Assembly (NCBI GenBank): GCA_049324495.1
Contig: JBMOOP010000110.1
Coordinates: 26,027-90,026, forward strand
From: Pseudomonadota bacterium
GTDB lineage: Bacteria; Pseudomonadota; Gammaproteobacteria; Pseudomonadales; JADFDG01
Reading direction: 5' to 3'
Length of the DNA stretch: 64,000 bases
The notes beneath the pieces were generated by a model that saw only the letters and a program-made list of their open reading frames with translations, was not told the origin of the DNA and did no database searches. Positions 61,978 to 64,000 of the stretch are shown here, piece after piece (the first letter of the stretch is position 1; each line of letters opens with the position of its first letter). Both the position numbers and the translations under genes were made by a program.

Positions 61978-63083
61978 GGCGACTGGTTTATCTTTCGCCG
62001 GTTCCGTGGGCGAGCTACGCCCAGCGTCCGCATCACTTCGTGAGATGGTTTCGCGCGCGCACCCGCGGCGAGGTGCTGTGGGTGGATCCGTACCCGACGC
62101 GTTTGCCGACGGCCGCTGACTGGCGACGGGTTGGTCGCGCCGATGAGCCTGTCGATATCGTTGTGCCCGATTGGCTGCGCCTCGTCCGGCCCAGGGCGCT
62201 CCCGATCGAACCATTGCCCGGCTCGACCTTCATCAATCGCCCGTTGTGGTGCAATACCCTGGAGCGTGCCAGCGATTTTCTGGCGGCGGGCGATGCCGTC
62301 ATCTGCATCGGCAAGCCATCCGCGCTCGCGCTGGATGTGTTGCGCGGCGCGGCAGGCGTGCCGGCAGTCTATGACGCGATGGACGATTTTCCGGCGTTCT
62401 ATTCGGGATTGTCGAAGGTATCGATGCGCAGGCGTGAGGGGACAATCCTCGCGCAGGTTTCCCGGGTGCTGGTTTCTTCGACTGCGCTGGCGGGGCGTTT
62501 CGCTGCGCAAGATATCGAGGCGACGCTGGCACTCAATGCCTGCGCGACCGATACGCTACCGCCGGTCGCGGCTCTGCCGCCACGACCGGCGAAAGAGGTG
62601 ATTGGTTACGTGGGTACCATTGGCGCCTGGTTTGACTGGGAATTGGTGACGAGAATCGCAAAAGAGAACCCGCAGGCTCAGCTCAGGTTGATCGGGCCGC
62701 TGTATCTGCCACCGCCAGGCGCCTTGCCGGCAAACGTGTCGCTGGTGCCGGCTTGCGATCATGCAGCGGCGATCCGCGCCATGACGGAATTTTCTGTGGG
62801 CTTGATTCCTTTCCGTCTGACGCCGCTGACGGCATCGGTCGACCCGATAAAATATTACGAGTACCGGGCGCTCGGGTTGCCAGTAGCCTCGACGCGATTT
62901 GGTGAGATGGCGCTGCGCGGGCAAAATGACGGTGTACTTTTGATTGGGGCAGAAGATGAGTTGTCCAATCTGGTAAGGGTAGCGAGTCATCTTGTGCCTA
63001 CGCACGCACAGCAGCTGGAGTTCCGCACGAAGAATTCCTGGGAGGCTCGCTTCGATGCAGCCGGTATTATCGGCGGACTGTGA
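61974..63083 (+). CDS. Glycosyltransferase (TuaH-like)
   Basis: YLSPVPWASYAQRPHHFVRWF, VIGYVGTIGAWFDWELVTRIAKENPQAQLRLIGP, KYYEYRALGLPVAST. Confidence 0.85.
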   Translation: MRRLVYLSPVPWASYAQRPHHFVRWFRARTRGEVLWVDPYPTRLPTAADWRRVGRADEPVDIVVPDWLRLVRPRALPIEPLPGSTFINRPLWCNTLERASDFLAAGDAVICIGKPSALALDVLRGAAGVPAVYDAMDDFPAFYSGLSKVSMRRREGTILAQVSRVLVSSTALAGRFAAQDIEATLALNACATDTLPPVAALPPRPAKEVIGYVGTIGAWFDWELVTRIAKENPQAQLRLIGPLYLPPPGALPANVSLVPACDHAAAIRAMTEFSVGLIPFRLTPLTASVDPIKYYEYRALGLPVASTRFGEMALRGQNDGVLLIGAEDELSNLVRVASHLVPTHAQQLEFRTKNSWEARFDAAGIIGGL

Positions 63084-63966
63084 CATCATCATCGTCAACC
63101 ACAATGCCGGCGCCTTGCTCGCCCGCTGTGTCGGTGCCGTACAGGGTGTCGCATCACGGATTATCGTCGTCGACAATGACTCGCAGGACGACAGCCTGGC
63201 GTTGTTGCAACAGGCAGTGCCGCAGAACGAGCGGCTGCAACTAATCCGCACCGGCCGCAATCTCGGCTTTTCCGCCGGCTGCAACATCGGCATTGCCGCA
63301 TCAACGGCGAATCACCTGCTGTTCCTGAATCCGGATTGCGTCATGCAACCTGGTTCGCTGCAGCGCCTGCTTGCCGTGTTGCAACATGATGCAACGCTCG
63401 GCATGGTCGGCGGGCTGCTGACCAACCCGGACGGCACCGAGCAAGCCGGCGGCCGGCGTTCGGTGCCAACACCTTGGCGATCCTTGGTGCGGGTTCTTGG
63501 CCTTGCACATTTTTCGTCACGCTGGCCGGCATTATTTCCCGATTTCAACCTGCACGAGCAGCCTCTGCCTGCGGAGCCGGTCGAAGTGGAAGCAATTTCC
63601 GGTGCACTCATGCTGGTTCGCCGCCAGGCGATGGAAGATGTCGGTCTGTGGGATGAGGGCTACTTTCTACACTGCGAAGATCTCGATTGGTGCATGCGCT
63701 TTCGCCAGAGTGGCTGGAAAATTTTTTTTGTTCCGGATGCGCCGGTTGTGCACGAGCAGGGTGCATGCAGCAGGGCACGACCGGTATTTGTCGAATGGCA
63801 CAAGCATCGCGGCATGATGCGTTTCTACGGCAAGTTTTTCCGCAATCAATATCCGGGCGTGCTGGGCTGGCTGATCAATCTCGCGGTGTGGCTGCGCTTT
63901 GCTGCCGTGGTGTTGCGCATACAGGCCCGTAAGCTGTTGCCGGGTGCGAAGGTTACGCATGAGTGA
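63055..63966 (+). CDS. Family 2 glycosyltransferase (rhamnosyltransferase-like)
   Basis: CDIIIVNHNAGALLARCV, VDNDSQDDSLALL, DEGYFLHCEDLDWCMRFRQSGW. Confidence 0.88.
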   Translation: MQPVLSADCDIIIVNHNAGALLARCVGAVQGVASRIIVVDNDSQDDSLALLQQAVPQNERLQLIRTGRNLGFSAGCNIGIAASTANHLLFLNPDCVMQPGSLQRLLAVLQHDATLGMVGGLLTNPDGTEQAGGRRSVPTPWRSLVRVLGLAHFSSRWPALFPDFNLHEQPLPAEPVEVEAISGALMLVRRQAMEDVGLWDEGYFLHCEDLDWCMRFRQSGWKIFFVPDAPVVHEQGACSRARPVFVEWHKHRGMMRFYGKFFRNQYPGVLGWLINLAVWLRFAAVVLRIQARKLLPGAKVTHE

Positions 63967-64000
63967 GCGCGTCGTCGGCATCATCGGCGCCAGCAGTCTG
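63959..64000 (+). CDS. Start of a downstream protein, truncated by the window edge
   Basis: ATGAGTGAGCGCGTCGTCGGCATCATCGGCGCCAGCAGTCTG = MSERVVGIIGASSL. Overlaps the upstream stop region. Confidence 0.5.
   Translation, partial: MSERVVGIIGASSL

Noticed and set aside
63474-63656. Overlapping small ORFs near the right edge
   Set aside because: Alternative frames of the GT2 glycosyltransferase gene.

Overview
This 64 kb window looks like a GC-rich gammaproteobacterial chromosome and is densely coding, with few gaps. From left to right it contains: (1) an operon of a secreted multi-domain protein C-terminus with a CxxCH motif, two outer-membrane-type proteins, a TlpA thioredoxin, a tiny DUF4266-like lipoprotein ending GGGGGGCGCS, and a DUF3570-like barrel; (2) a minus-strand gshB-tonB-ruvX-pyrB-pyrX cluster in which the dihydroorotase homologue has lost its metal-binding HxH; (3) a complete Pil-Chp chemosensory cluster (pilG-H-I-J-K, chpA, chpB, chpC), where ChpA is about 2230 aa; (4) a minus-strand run of S-adenosylmethionine genes (ArsR-methyltransferase fusion regulator, metK, ahcY, metF, bioA, rsmE) headed by a 36-bp near-perfect palindrome; (5) a decayed VapBC remnant; (6) maeB, then tktA-gap/epd-pgk-fba; (7) an a/b hydrolase, a dGTPase-like gene, a tiny lysine-rich ORF and an LpoB/YcfL/COG3014 envelope cluster; (8) serA divergent from an FAD-linked D-2-hydroxyacid dehydrogenase; (9) an O-antigen/polysaccharide locus with an ABC exporter, a sulfotransferase, a giant methyltransferase/coiled-coil/double glycosyltransferase fusion with tandem 21-bp repeats, a GtrA/GtrB module, an acyltransferase, wecB and glycosyltransferases. 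No rRNA, tRNA, CRISPR array or intact mobile element was recognised. The best candidates for undescribed biology are the methyltransferase/coiled-coil/glycosyltransferase fusion as a possible repeat-tunable chain-length ruler, and the thioredoxin/DUF4266/DUF3570 operon at the left edge. All family calls come from reading the sequence and recalling motifs. No database search was run.
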